A stretch of 64,000 nucleotides of DNA from an uncultured Alphaproteobacteria bacterium. Lineage in GTDB: Bacteria > Pseudomonadota > Alphaproteobacteria > RF32 > CAG-239. The notes beneath the pieces were generated by a model that had not been told where the DNA came from, did no database searches, and worked only from the letters and a program-made list of their open reading frames with translations. Position numbers and translations under genes: made by a program. Below are positions 38,136 through 47,474 of this stretch, in pieces (the first letter of the stretch is position 1; every line of letters starts with the position of its first letter). The stretch lies in assembly GCA_934277435.1 (NCBI GenBank), contig CAKQUE010000001.1, positions 385,957 to 449,956 on the forward strand, given 5' to 3'.

Positions 38136-38993
38136 TTATTCATATTTTGGCCAAGCGCCGCTTTTGGTGCAGACAAACGCCGCAGTGGCAACAGCTTGTT
38201 TGTGGGCTTCGCGCATGGACTTTCCGGTTAGCAAGCCCATAACGAATCCGGCAGAAAAAGAATCGCCGGCGCCAACTGTGTCGGCAACTTTGACTTTGGG
38301 CGTATCCAAATAAGATTTTTCGCCGTTGGCCGCATAAACAATGCTGTATTTTTCTCCGGCAGTAAAAATCAGATAGCGCAAATCGTATTTTTTTATAAAC
38401 CAATGGCAAATGTCTTCATCAGAGAGATTGAGTTCAAATAGTTTTTGCACTTTAACCATTTCTTCGTCATTGATTTTGAAAACGTTGGCTTCTTGCAAAA
38501 GCTCGTCAATCAGTTCTTTGGAAAAATAGTTGCTGCGCAAATTGACATCAAACAACTTAAAGGCTTTTTGCGGTGCGTGTTTTAAAAGAGTCAGAACCGA
38601 AGCTCTGGTTTGCGGCGAGCGCAGCGCCAACGTGCCAAAACAAACGGCGTCGGCTTTTTCCACCACGGCTATTTCTTTTGGTGTGACGGCCAAATGGTCC
38701 CAAGCAACACCCTCAACAATGGTATAAGTCGGAATACCGTTGTTCAGCTCAATTTCAACAACGCTGGTGGGGTAGTCGTTGCGTTCCAGCACATGGTGAA
38801 TGTGGCTTTTTTCCAGTTCAGCAATGATTTCGTCGCCCAAAGCGTCTTTACCAACCGCGCTGATGGCGTAACCGTCGGCGCCGAGCTGAGTGGCGTTATA
38901 AACAAAATTAATCGGCGCTCCGCCGGCACGCTTGCCTTTTGGCAGCATATCCCACAGAAGTTCGCCGATTCCTACAACAACAGGTTTGCTCAT
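38136..38993 (-). CDS. PfkB-family sugar kinase (fructokinase-like)
   Basis: GG motif and DTVGAGDSFSAGF signature. 285 aa. Confidence 0.85.
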   Translation of the reverse strand: MSKPVVVGIGELLWDMLPKGKRAGGAPINFVYNATQLGADGYAISAVGKDALGDEIIAELEKSHIHHVLERNDYPTSVVEIELNNGIPTYTIVEGVAWDHLAVTPKEIAVVEKADAVCFGTLALRSPQTRASVLTLLKHAPQKAFKLFDVNLRSNYFSKELIDELLQEANVFKINDEEMVKVQKLFELNLSDEDICHWFIKKYDLRYLIFTAGEKYSIVYAANGEKSYLDTPKVKVADTVGAGDSFSAGFVMGLLTGKSMREAHKQAVATAAFVCTKSGAWPKYE

Positions 38994-39084
38994 CTTTGCC
39001 TCCTTTGCTAATAATATAGTTTTAATTTAGCATATTTTAAGTAAAAATCCAATAAAAAAAGGCGGAGAAAAACACCGCCAAAAT

Positions 39085-39660
39085 CTAAAACAAGCCGCCG
39101 TCAATGCGCCATGCGCCGTCATAAACCAAATGAAACACCGCGCAATTTTCTATTTTGCCAAAATCAAAGTGCAGATAGTTCAAAAGACTGCCCATTGTGC
39201 CGCCGTGAATAGCTACGCCGATGACGTTATAAGGTGTTTGCCTCAGGTCTTCTATTTGTCGCCAAACTCTTTCGAGCGCGGCTTGTTTGCTTTCGCCGTC
39301 GGGGTAGGCGATGTTCCAAACTTCTGGATTGCTCCAGTTGTTGTAGACATCAGGATATTTTTCGGCGAGTTCTGATTGCAGCATACCTTCGGCGCGGCCA
39401 TAAAAACATTCTTGTAAATCATCTTTGATAATAAGCGGACAATGCAGTGTTTTTGCCACGGTTTGCGCCGTTTGCACCGCTCTTTTAAGCGGGCTGGAAA
39501 AAATGATATCTAAATTGCACTGAGCCAGTTTTTGCGCCAAAGCGATTGCTTGTTCTTGGCCTTTGGCTGTCAATTCCATATCTATGCCGGAACCTTGCTG
39601 CCGGTGTTGCAGGTTAAATTCGGTTTCGCCGTGGCGGAAAATATAAAAATCTTTACGCAT
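39085..39660 (-). CDS. Histidine phosphatase family protein (phosphoglycerate-mutase-like)
   Basis: RHGETEFN catalytic motif. About 191 aa. Confidence 0.85.
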   Translation of the reverse strand: MRKDFYIFRHGETEFNLQHRQQGSGIDMELTAKGQEQAIALAQKLAQCNLDIIFSSPLKRAVQTAQTVAKTLHCPLIIKDDLQECFYGRAEGMLQSELAEKYPDVYNNWSNPEVWNIAYPDGESKQAALERVWRQIEDLRQTPYNVIGVAIHGGTMGSLLNYLHFDFGKIENCAVFHLVYDGAWRIDGGLF

Positions 39661-39663
39661 GGA

Positions 39664-40143
39664 TTAGAGCGCTTTCAAGCCGACTTTGTGCGCCACAATG
39701 CGGAAAACTTTTTCTTCATCTTCCGGAGTTAATATGCCATAAAGCGGCAGACAAAACGGGGTAAAGTCGCCATTGTGTTTTTGTAAAAAGTTGTATTTGT
39801 AATCAATGCCTTTTTTAGGAATAAGCACAATTACACGGCGTTTTTTGCCGCAACAAGTAACCATGCGTTCTTCGGCAATTTCAATATCTTTCCACGCCAC
39901 CGGATTGGTATGGTCAATTTTGATGGTGTCGTCGGTGATAACCGCCATAATTTGTTTGGTGGCGTATTTATAAATCCAAATTAAAAGAGTTGCCGTCAGC
40001 AGCCCAAACAAAACCTGAAACTCCCACCAATAAGCGTAGGATTTGCTGCAGAACAGACAAGAACAAAGTGCCGCCAACACAAGGATATTCAAGACTAACC
40101 AAACATAGTTTTTTTTGAAATGGTAATAAATAATTTCATTCAT
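39664..40143 (-). CDS. Hypothetical membrane protein
   Basis: Two N-terminal TM helices and a soluble C-terminal domain of about 90 aa. Only 3 nt before the phosphatase gene, so likely co-transcribed. Confidence 0.5.
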   Translation of the reverse strand: MNEIIYYHFKKNYVWLVLNILVLAALCSCLFCSKSYAYWWEFQVLFGLLTATLLIWIYKYATKQIMAVITDDTIKIDHTNPVAWKDIEIAEERMVTCCGKKRRVIVLIPKKGIDYKYNFLQKHNGDFTPFCLPLYGILTPEDEEKVFRIVAHKVGLKAL

Positions 40144-40253
40144 AATAGCCGCCTTTCAAATATTTTATCCAAAACAAGTATATATTATTTTGCGCGTGAA
40201 GGTAAAGTAAAAAATGAAGCTGTTTTTCGATAAATTTATTAATTTAAGTATAT

Positions 40254-40284
40254 AAAAAAATACCGTTTTGCAACGGTATTTTTG
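40254..40284. terminator. Terminator downstream of pilin paralog 3
   Basis: ataccgtt-ttgc-aacggtat hairpin with A-run and T-run flanks. Confidence 0.7.
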
Positions 40285-40314
40285 TGAACTAATGTAATTT
40301 TTGCTGTAAGGAAA

Positions 40315-40974
40315 TCAGTAGTATTTCCACAAAATAGAGCATGTGTTACCTTTATCGCAGTTGCATGCTTTAGCAGCTTGAGTAACTTGCATCGGTACAG
40401 CTAATGTTGTATTTCCTGGCATAGCTATAGAATCACCATCTTCTTTTTTTGCTGAGGCAGAGCCAATATAAACTGTATCCAAGCTGTCATCGCGTGCAGT
40501 TGGAGCAGCAGTTGCTGTGGCATTGCCTTTTACTTCGATAGCAATCAAACCAGAAGAATAGCCAGAACCCCAGTCGTTGGTAGCTAAAGTGATGCAAGCT
40601 TCACGTGATAATTGTGTGAATTCAATTACGAATGCTTTTGTGTCGCCATCCACAGTACTGTCAGCTTCATTGATAAATACAGGACCGTTAAACGCATTTG
40701 TCAGAGTTCCGGCAGTGGCATCTGTAACCAATTCGTCTGGTACAACACCCATAGATACAGCATTGGCATTGTCTAAATCTGTATAAGTATTTTGCTGAGC
40801 ATACAAGGTTTTGATGTTGGCAACCAACATAGAAACATTATCAGAAACTTTATTTGTTTTGAATTTGTTCATAGCTTTTGAATAGCCGGCAATACCACCA
40901 ACAGACAATACACCGATGATGGCCAATACACCCAGCATTTCAATCATGGAACGACCAGATTCATTTACTCTCAT
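40315..40974 (-). CDS. Type IV pilin (paralog 3)
   Basis: Leader MRVNESG^RSMIEMLGVLAIIGVLSVGGI. C-terminal CNCDKGNTC. AGGAGA RBS. Confidence 0.8.
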   Translation of the reverse strand: MRVNESGRSMIEMLGVLAIIGVLSVGGIAGYSKAMNKFKTNKVSDNVSMLVANIKTLYAQQNTYTDLDNANAVSMGVVPDELVTDATAGTLTNAFNGPVFINEADSTVDGDTKAFVIEFTQLSREACITLATNDWGSGYSSGLIAIEVKGNATATAAPTARDDSLDTVYIGSASAKKEDGDSIAMPGNTTLAVPMQVTQAAKACNCDKGNTCSILWKYY

Positions 40975-41175
40975 TGTTTTTCTCCTAAAAATTATATGTA
41001 TAAGGGTCTCCTAAACCCGTTGTAGAATTATACTTGAACAAGCCTCCTAAACTTGTTCAATAGCAACATACTGCTTAATTCTTTCAAAATTATTAATATC
41101 ACAAATTTTTGTTTTTCGCAATACGACAAGCGGTATATTACTTTAGTAATAGTTTGCTACTGAGGTGGCTTGATA

Positions 41176-41208
41176 ATAAAAAAAGCCGTCTAAAAAGACG
41201 GCTTTCAA
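41176..41208 (-). terminator. Terminator after tRNA-Arg
   Basis: aaagccgtc-taaaaa-gacggcttt hairpin. Confidence 0.7.
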
Positions 41209-41214
41209 GCTTGT

Positions 41215-41291
41215 TGGCGCGCTCCGGGCGATTCGAACGCCCGACCCACAGCTTAGAAGGCTGTTGCTCTATCCTGCTGAGCTAGGAGCGC
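41215..41291 (-). tRNA. tRNA-Arg (anticodon TCT)
   Basis: Cloverleaf folded by hand. Acceptor GCGCUCC/GGAGCGC. Anticodon loop CUUCUAA. T-loop UUCGAAU. Encoded CCA. Confidence 0.9.
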
Positions 41292-41434
41292 AATAACATA
41301 CGATGCATCATAAGTCGCACAAAAAATGTTAGTTGTCAATAAATAAAATAAATTATTTTTTTATTTTTTGTGTTGCATTTTAGACAAATTTGAGTTATGG
41401 TCAAAAAGATTTCGAATTTTTAATTTAATTATTT

Positions 41435-41764
41435 ATGGCAGAAAATTTAGTCAACTGTTTTGTTAACTTCTCCGAGGGTGTTAATGGTTTCTCTTCTGAG
41501 GAACGTTCTGAGATTTCTAAGGCCTTCCGCAAAGATCTGAAGGCTTACAAAGTCAGCGGCGCAATCATGAAAATTGTCGAAAGCGCCAGCAACAAGGTTC
41601 CTGTGTACATCAATGTGATGTGTCAGCAATGCCGAAAGAAAAAATTTGTCACAGAGTTCGAAGAGGAATGTTCTCGCCTTCGTCGCCTTTATGCGCGCAC
41701 TCGCCCAGAGGTGGCCTTGAAAATACGACATCTCCATGATGTCGTGATTGACAGCTTGAAGTAA
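41435..41764 (+). CDS. Hypothetical protein
   Basis: 109-aa ORF between tRNA-Arg and rpmJ, followed by a strong terminator. No recognised family. Confidence 0.4.
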   Translation: MAENLVNCFVNFSEGVNGFSSEERSEISKAFRKDLKAYKVSGAIMKIVESASNKVPVYINVMCQQCRKKKFVTEFEEECSRLRRLYARTRPEVALKIRHLHDVVIDSLK

Positions 41765-41784
41765 GGCTGTTCTTAGTAAAAGTT

Positions 41785-41821
41785 AAGCACTGGTTTTGAT
41801 AATGGAACCAGTGCTTTTTTG
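41785..41821 (+). terminator. Rho-independent terminator
   Basis: aagcactggtt-loop-aaccagtgctt followed by tttt. Confidence 0.8.
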
Positions 41822-41835
41822 TGTGCCTAATTTTA

Positions 41836-41870
41836 AAAAATAAAAAAGGCTCTCGCTAGAGAACCTTTTG
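41836..41870 (-). terminator. Terminator downstream of rpmJ
   Basis: aaaggctctc-gcta-gagaaccttt with a T-run on the minus strand. Confidence 0.55.
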
Positions 41871-41884
41871 AATTGTGCCTTAGA

Positions 41885-42010
41885 TTAACCCTGACGAGCT
41901 TTCAGCTTCGGGTTCTTTTTATTAATCACATAAACGCGACCTTTACGACGAACTACTTTACAGTCCTTATCACGTTCTTTTTTAGATTTTAACGAACTGA
42001 AACATTTCAT
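41885..42010 (-). CDS. rpmJ: 50S ribosomal protein bL36 (zinc-independent type)
   Basis: Hand translation gives [41 protein letters not shown] (41 aa). The [11 protein letters not shown]...KARQG core is the bL36 signature. Below the 60-aa cutoff of the ORF track. Confidence 0.8.
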   Translation of the reverse strand: MKCFSSLKSKKERDKDCKVVRRKGRVYVINKKNPKLKARQG

Positions 42011-42168
42011 TTTTCTTATCCTTTACAAAACATTTTGAGCGCAAAATAAGCTATTTATCGGCAAATGTCAACCTATTTTTTTGCGTATTTGTATAAAATT
42101 AAGATATCTTTTATTTTTTAATCATATATCATATTAAAAATTAACTTTTTTATAAAAGGATTTGATAG

Positions 42169-42723
42169 ATGAAAAAGCTGTGTTTTTTAGCGGTGGCAAT
42201 GTGCTTTTGCGCCGTCGAAGTTTGGGCGGCTAAGCCGATATCTTATATGGATGAAATTCGCCAGCTTGGATATGTGGCCGGTCAGGGCTTGGCTTGCCGC
42301 GCTCGCAAATATCATCAATACGAGCTTTTGGCGCGCGCTTTGCTGGTGACAAAATCGCCAAACGACAAGGCGCAAAAAGAAGCTATGGTGGCATATAATG
42401 AGGCTAAAATAACTTCTATGTCGGCTGTTTTTGCGCAGGATTATGCCGGTTGTGATAGTATTGTGCATGATTTTAATCAACAAAAAATATTTAACAGCGT
42501 GCTTTATGCCGATGGTAAAATAAAGCTTTATGACGGCAAAATGTTGACCCCGCGTAAACTTTATGACGCTTCAAGCCTTTATAAAAAAGACCCTAATATA
42601 TATGATAATGCCTATGCTACATATAAAAAAGCTCTTGCAAAGGCCGAAAAAAACAGGCAGAATGCCAAAAAATTAGAATTTCGTGACGCTAATTATAGCC
42701 GTTACGCCGACCAATTTAATTAA
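42169..42723 (+). CDS. Secreted hypothetical protein
   Basis: Signal peptide MKKLCFLAVAMCFCAVEVWA. Lys-rich C-terminus. 184 aa. Confidence 0.5.
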   Translation: MKKLCFLAVAMCFCAVEVWAAKPISYMDEIRQLGYVAGQGLACRARKYHQYELLARALLVTKSPNDKAQKEAMVAYNEAKITSMSAVFAQDYAGCDSIVHDFNQQKIFNSVLYADGKIKLYDGKMLTPRKLYDASSLYKKDPNIYDNAYATYKKALAKAEKNRQNAKKLEFRDANYSRYADQFN

Positions 42724-42738
42724 ATATAGGAGATTATA

Positions 42739-44418
42739 ATGGCTTCGTACCAATATATTTTTGTTATGCAAAATTTGACCAAAGTTCTACCGGGGGGAAG
42801 AGAATTATTTAAAAATATCACACTCTCATTTTTTCCGGGGGCAAAAATTGGTGTATTGGGTGTTAACGGCGCTGGTAAATCTACACTTTTGAAAATTATG
42901 GCCGGAATCGATAAAGATTTTAGCGGTGAGGCTTGGGCTGCAGATGGAGTTAAAATTGGCTATTTGGAACAAGAACCACAGCTGGACCCAAATAAGAATG
43001 TTATGCAAAATGTGATGGACGGTTTAGGAGAAACTCAAAGTCTGTTGCAGCGTTTTGAAGAGGTGTCGGCAAAATTTGCTGAGCCGATGACCGATGATGA
43101 AATGAATGCTCTAATCGAAGAACAAGCAGAATTGCAAGAAAAAATCGATGCTTGCGGCGGTTGGGATATTGAACGCACTGTGCAAATAGCTATGGACGCT
43201 TTACGCTGTCCGCCGGCTGAAGCCGATGTAACAAAACTTTCCGGCGGTGAAAAACGCCGCGTGGCTCTTTGCCGCTTGTTGTTGCAAAAACCAGACTTGC
43301 TGCTTTTGGATGAGCCGACAAACCATTTGGACGCCGAATCGGTGGCATGGCTGGAACATCACCTCAAAGATTATAACGGAACCGTTGTTATGGTAACGCA
43401 TGACCGCTACTTTTTGGATAATGTTACCGGTTGGATTCTGGAGCTTGACCGCGGGCAGGGTATTCCGTATGAAGGAAACTATACTTCTTGGTTGGAACAA
43501 AAGGAAAAACGTTTGGCTCAAGAAGCGCGTGAAGAAAACGCCCGTCAGCGTACTTTGGCGTTGGAGCTGGAATGGATTCATAAAAATCCTAAAGCTCGTC
43601 AAGCTAAGTCTAAGGCGCGTATTAATGCCTATGACGAATTACTCTCGCAAGCCGGACGCGAAAAAATCAGTACTGCTCATATCAATATTCCAATGACCGA
43701 ACGTTTGGGTGATTTGGTGATTGAAGCCAACCACATCAGCAAAGCGTTTGGCGACAAAGTTTTGATTGATGATTTGTCGTTTAGAATCCCTAAAGGAGCT
43801 ATTGTTGGTATTATTGGACCAAACGGCGCTGGTAAAACAACTTTGTTTAGAATGATTACAGGTCAGGAAAAACCAGATTCCGGAGAAATTCGAATCGGAG
43901 ATTCGGTGGATTTGGGGTATGTTGACCAATCTCGTGATGAACTGAATCCAGATAAAAATATTTGGGAAGAAATTTCTGATGGTTTGGATATGATTCAGCT
44001 GGGGAAAAATGAGGTATCGTCAAGAGCTTATGTGGGACAGTTCAATTTTAAGGGCGCAGATCAGCAAAAGAAAGTCGGGCAGCTTTCCGGCGGTGAACGC
44101 AATCGCGTGCATTTGGCAAAAATGCTGCGCAAAGGCGCTAATGTGATTCTATTGGACGAACCGACTAATGATTTGGATGTTGATACGCTGCGTTCATTGG
44201 AAGAAGGTATAAACAACTACCCAGGCTGTGTTTTGGTTACATCGCACGATCGCTGGTTTTTGGATAGACTTGCCACCCATATTTTGGCGTATGAGGATAA
44301 TGGTCATGTGGAATGGTTTGAAGGCAACTTTGAAGACTATGAAAAAGATAAAAAAGCTCGTTTGGGTGAAGATGCTTGCAATCCGCATCGTATTCGTTAT
44401 AAAAAGCTGGAACGTTAG
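42739..44418 (+). CDS. ettA: ABC-F translational throttle ATPase EttA
   Basis: Two ABC cassettes (Walker [10 protein letters not shown] and GPNGAGKTT, signature LSGGE twice), an inter-domain linker, about 555 aa. Confidence 0.9.
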   Translation: MASYQYIFVMQNLTKVLPGGRELFKNITLSFFPGAKIGVLGVNGAGKSTLLKIMAGIDKDFSGEAWAADGVKIGYLEQEPQLDPNKNVMQNVMDGLGETQSLLQRFEEVSAKFAEPMTDDEMNALIEEQAELQEKIDACGGWDIERTVQIAMDALRCPPAEADVTKLSGGEKRRVALCRLLLQKPDLLLLDEPTNHLDAESVAWLEHHLKDYNGTVVMVTHDRYFLDNVTGWILELDRGQGIPYEGNYTSWLEQKEKRLAQEAREENARQRTLALELEWIHKNPKARQAKSKARINAYDELLSQAGREKISTAHINIPMTERLGDLVIEANHISKAFGDKVLIDDLSFRIPKGAIVGIIGPNGAGKTTLFRMITGQEKPDSGEIRIGDSVDLGYVDQSRDELNPDKNIWEEISDGLDMIQLGKNEVSSRAYVGQFNFKGADQQKKVGQLSGGERNRVHLAKMLRKGANVILLDEPTNDLDVDTLRSLEEGINNYPGCVLVTSHDRWFLDRLATHILAYEDNGHVEWFEGNFEDYEKDKKARLGEDACNPHRIRYKKLER

Positions 44419-44486
44419 CCGAAAAATTTTATATAAAACGTTATAATGTTTGAATTGTGCTCATATAATCCATAAATATTGATTAT

Positions 44487-44903
44487 ATGAGCATAGCTAA
44501 CAATTTTAGAACCGTGTTAAAATACGCTCAGAATAAGGAGTGTATGATGGTTGTAGCTGATTCTGACTATATTGTTTTATTGGGTAGTAAAATTGCCAGA
44601 TTGCGTAAAATGCAAGGTTTGAACCAGTTTGAATTTGCTGATAAATGCGGTAAAATGGTTAATACTATTTCTAAAATTGAAAGAGGTATTGGCGATCCGC
44701 GCTTGTCTACACTGATTAATATTGCCGAAGCTTTGAATATTTCAGTAACAGAGCTTTTGGATAGTCATTTTATTAGTCCGGCTATGAGCAGAATGACTGG
44801 TGCAGAAAATGTGGATTCTGCCATTGATGGTCTTTTGTTGCAGTGTGATGATGAAACTAAAGCTGTTGTATTGTCATTGCTGCAGCTGTTGGTGAAAAAA
44901 TAA
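44487..44903 (+). CDS. XRE-family helix-turn-helix transcriptional regulator
   Basis: HTH_3 pattern (LRKMQGLNQFEFADKCGKMVNTISKIERG). The real start is probably an internal Met. Confidence 0.65.
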   Translation: MSIANNFRTVLKYAQNKECMMVVADSDYIVLLGSKIARLRKMQGLNQFEFADKCGKMVNTISKIERGIGDPRLSTLINIAEALNISVTELLDSHFISPAMSRMTGAENVDSAIDGLLLQCDDETKAVVLSLLQLLVKK

Positions 44904-44965
44904 TCAAAGCAATTAATTTTTTTATAACTTTTTTACTCTGTCCCCAACTTTAACGATGAACCAGC

Positions 44966-45242
44966 TTGTGTCAAACCCGCTTTTTCGCGGCTTCTTATCC
45001 CTTGATACTTCACCAACAAAAAAAAGCCACCATAAAGGTGGCTTTACTGTTGGTGAGCTCGGTGGGATTACTCCACTTCGTTTCGTTCACTGCGCTCATA
45101 GGCATTGCCTACCGGCACACTCCCGTGCGCCTTTCGCTTGTGTCAAACCCGCTTTTTCGCGGCTTCTTAGCCCTTGATACTTCACCAACAAAAAAAGCCA
45201 CCATAAAGGTGGCTTTACTGTTGGTGAGCTCGGTGGGATTCG
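44966..45242. repeat. Tandem direct repeat (2 x ~102 bp) containing the tRNA-Lys 3' end plus flank
   Basis: 44966..45068 and 45141..45242 are near-identical. Each ends in tggtgagctcggtgggatt (tRNA 3' end) and carries the hairpin aaagccacc-ataa-ggtggcttt. Confidence 0.85.
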
Positions 45243-45297
45243 AACCCGCGACCCTTTGATTAAAAGTCAAATGCTCTACCGACTGAGCTACGAACTC
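45222..45297 (-). tRNA. tRNA-Lys (anticodon TTT)
   Basis: Hand-folded. Acceptor GAGUUCG/CGAGCUC. Anticodon loop CUUUUAA. T-loop UUCGAAU. CCA encoded. Confidence 0.85.
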
Positions 45298-45451
45298 GCT
45301 TAACGAGTATGCTTATATTAGATAAAATTATGGAAGTCAATAGAAAAAATAAAAAAAGTTAAAAAAAATGAATTTGGTGTTTATTTATTAAGATTTATAT
45401 GTTAGTATTTCATAAAATTTGATGAAAACTTTTGTTTTGTAGAGGTTATGT

Positions 45452-45772
45452 ATGACTATTAGCAATGAAATTGGGCAAAAAGGCAGATATAGTATTTTGC
45501 AAAATGCTAAAGGTGAGATTATGTTGATGATGGATAGCCGCGCCGGTGGTCCGGAAAATCCGCGCTTTATTTATGATGGCGGAGAAAAGGCTTTGCTTTA
45601 TCGCTCTCAGGAAAGTTCTGTTGCGTTCAATAACATTGATAAAGACGCACGTTTGCCATTGAAAGCTGTTTCGGAAATTTTGGTTGTCGAAATTGAAAAT
45701 GATGATGTTGAACGTGAATATATTGTTCCTGTTCGTTTGGTTAAAAACGTTCAAAGTCTAATCATTTCTTAG
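45452..45772 (+). CDS. Hypothetical small soluble protein
   Basis: 106-aa ORF immediately upstream of the NuoL-like gene. It is not NuoK-like, since it is not hydrophobic. Confidence 0.45.
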   Translation: MTISNEIGQKGRYSILQNAKGEIMLMMDSRAGGPENPRFIYDGGEKALLYRSQESSVAFNNIDKDARLPLKAVSEILVVEIENDDVEREYIVPVRLVKNVQSLIIS

Positions 45773-45788
45773 TTGCTGCAGGCTCAAA

Positions 45789-47474
45789 ATGATTGCAGAT
45801 ACGACATTTCTGTTAATTGTTATGGCCGTTTTGAGCAGCTTGAAGGTTGGAGTAAAATCAGACAAGTTTATCTCTTGGCTGATTTTTCTGTTTGTAGCAG
45901 GTATTTTTGTATATTTTCTGCAACATAGCCATGTGACTGAAACTACGGTGTTTTCTTTTGTTTGGAATAGTTCGCCAAGCGGAAATATTATGGTCGATAT
46001 TGTTTCAAACTCATATAATTGTCAGCTGATTTTTCCGTTTTTTTTGATGACGTTAATGGCTATCGGCTATAATAATGTCTTCCGCTATGAGGAGCGGCGC
46101 GGGCTTTTTGACGCCGTTATGCTGTTTAATTTAACGGCTTTGATAATGATGATTACCAGCAACAATTTAGTGCAATTGCTTTCTGGGCTTTTTGTTGTGG
46201 ATATTATGGCTTTGCTGATTATAAAAGATGTCGAAAAATCAAAATATTACGCTACATTTAATTTAATTGCCGATATGATGTTGTTTACGGTTTTGGCCGT
46301 GGTGAATTGTCAGTTAGAATCGTTGGATTTGCGGCAAATTATTGAATATAACAAAATTGGATTTCATCAAGATTTTGTAGCTATTGTTGGGTTGTCGGCG
46401 GTATTTATAAAATTTGGCTTGGTGCCTTTTCATGGCAGCATGCTGCGGTTGAAAGACATTCGTTATCATCGTTTGCAGAATGTTTTGTTTTTGACTTCTC
46501 CAGCTTCGGCTTTGATATTGCTGCAAAAATTTTATCCTTTATGGCAAAGTTCTTTATATTTTTTACCAGTTTTACAGGCCGGTTGTGTTTTAGGTTTAGT
46601 GTGGGGATTGGTGCTTTTTGCCATGGGAGAAAGCCTAAAGCTCAAGACAATCTATTGGCAAATGTTTTTTAACTCGATTTTAGTTTTGTTGTTAGCCGAT
46701 AAAAAGGTTGTATGGTCGGAAAATTTTTCAATTTTGCTGGTATGTCAGTATTTGTGCATCAGTTTATGGTATTTTTTGTATTATAATGCGAATCGGTGTG
46801 CAAGTTTATTAAAGCTAAAAAGCTACTGTGTACAAAGACATCTATCCTGCTATATTGTGTGGTGTATATTTCTTTTGGTTTGGACTGCCGAAATTGTGCA
46901 GATATTTTATCTAAAAACTGAAATTAATGGCTATTTGGCAATTTTATGGGCTGTGCCGGCTTGGGTGATGGCTCAGGTGTTTCATTTGTTTTGTGTTAAC
47001 AACAAATCTTCGGAAGCCAAAAAAATAATGGCTCAGCCTAAATTGATGTTTTGGCTGTTGTCGTTTGGGGTTGTTGCTTTGGTTTTGGTAACCACCAAAC
47101 CTATATTTTTCAATATAGATATAAAATTTGTTTGTTTGCCGTTGTTTGTTTTTGTTGTTGCTACATTTATGCCGGTTGCAAACTTTATGTATAAGATATA
47201 TGCCAACAATTGGATTCAAGAAAATGATGTGTTTCAGCGAATATATCATTTTATGATTGTGGAGCCAATACAATGGTGCGGGCGCGTGCTGGCGGTTTTG
47301 ATAGATAGAATGCTGGTAGAAAAAATGATTGTCGGCGCTGCTTCTTTGGGCTTGCAAGGCGCGGTTAGACTGTTTAGAAATATCCATTATAATCGGTTTT
47401 GGGGTGGAATCATTATGTTGCTGCTTTTGGTGCTGTTATTGACGTTGTCTTTCCACAATGGGAGAATAAACTAA
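45789..47474 (+). CDS. Complex I antiporter-like subunit, NuoL-like (highly divergent)
   Basis: Polytopic membrane protein of 561 aa. Gene order L-M-N-birA-rnj is typical of the end of the alphaproteobacterial nuo operon. Sequence conservation is weak. Confidence 0.5.
   Translation: MIADTTFLLIVMAVLSSLKVGVKSDKFISWLIFLFVAGIFVYFLQHSHVTETTVFSFVWNSSPSGNIMVDIVSNSYNCQLIFPFFLMTLMAIGYNNVFRYEERRGLFDAVMLFNLTALIMMITSNNLVQLLSGLFVVDIMALLIIKDVEKSKYYATFNLIADMMLFTVLAVVNCQLESLDLRQIIEYNKIGFHQDFVAIVGLSAVFIKFGLVPFHGSMLRLKDIRYHRLQNVLFLTSPASALILLQKFYPLWQSSLYFLPVLQAGCVLGLVWGLVLFAMGESLKLKTIYWQMFFNSILVLLLADKKVVWSENFSILLVCQYLCISLWYFLYYNANRCASLLKLKSYCVQRHLSCYIVWCIFLLVWTAEIVQIFYLKTEINGYLAILWAVPAWVMAQVFHLFCVNNKSSEAKKIMAQPKLMFWLLSFGVVALVLVTTKPIFFNIDIKFVCLPLFVFVVATFMPVANFMYKIYANNWIQENDVFQRIYHFMIVEPIQWCGRVLAVLIDRMLVEKMIVGAASLGLQGAVRLFRNIHYNRFWGGIIMLLLLVLLLTLSFHNGRIN

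Noticed and set aside
41435-41764. Possibility that ORF 41435..41764 or its antisense ORF 41447..41737 is a toxin-antitoxin pair near tRNA-Arg
   Set aside because: Only one of the two overlapping frames can be real. Neither shows a recognisable TA family motif. The plus-strand frame is kept as a low-confidence hypothetical only.
44956-45259. ORFs of 73 and 97 aa spanning the tRNA-Lys repeat region
   Set aside because: Their open frames are created by the tandem duplication of tRNA-flank sequence. They overlap the tRNA gene itself, and their repetitive translation mirrors the DNA repeat.
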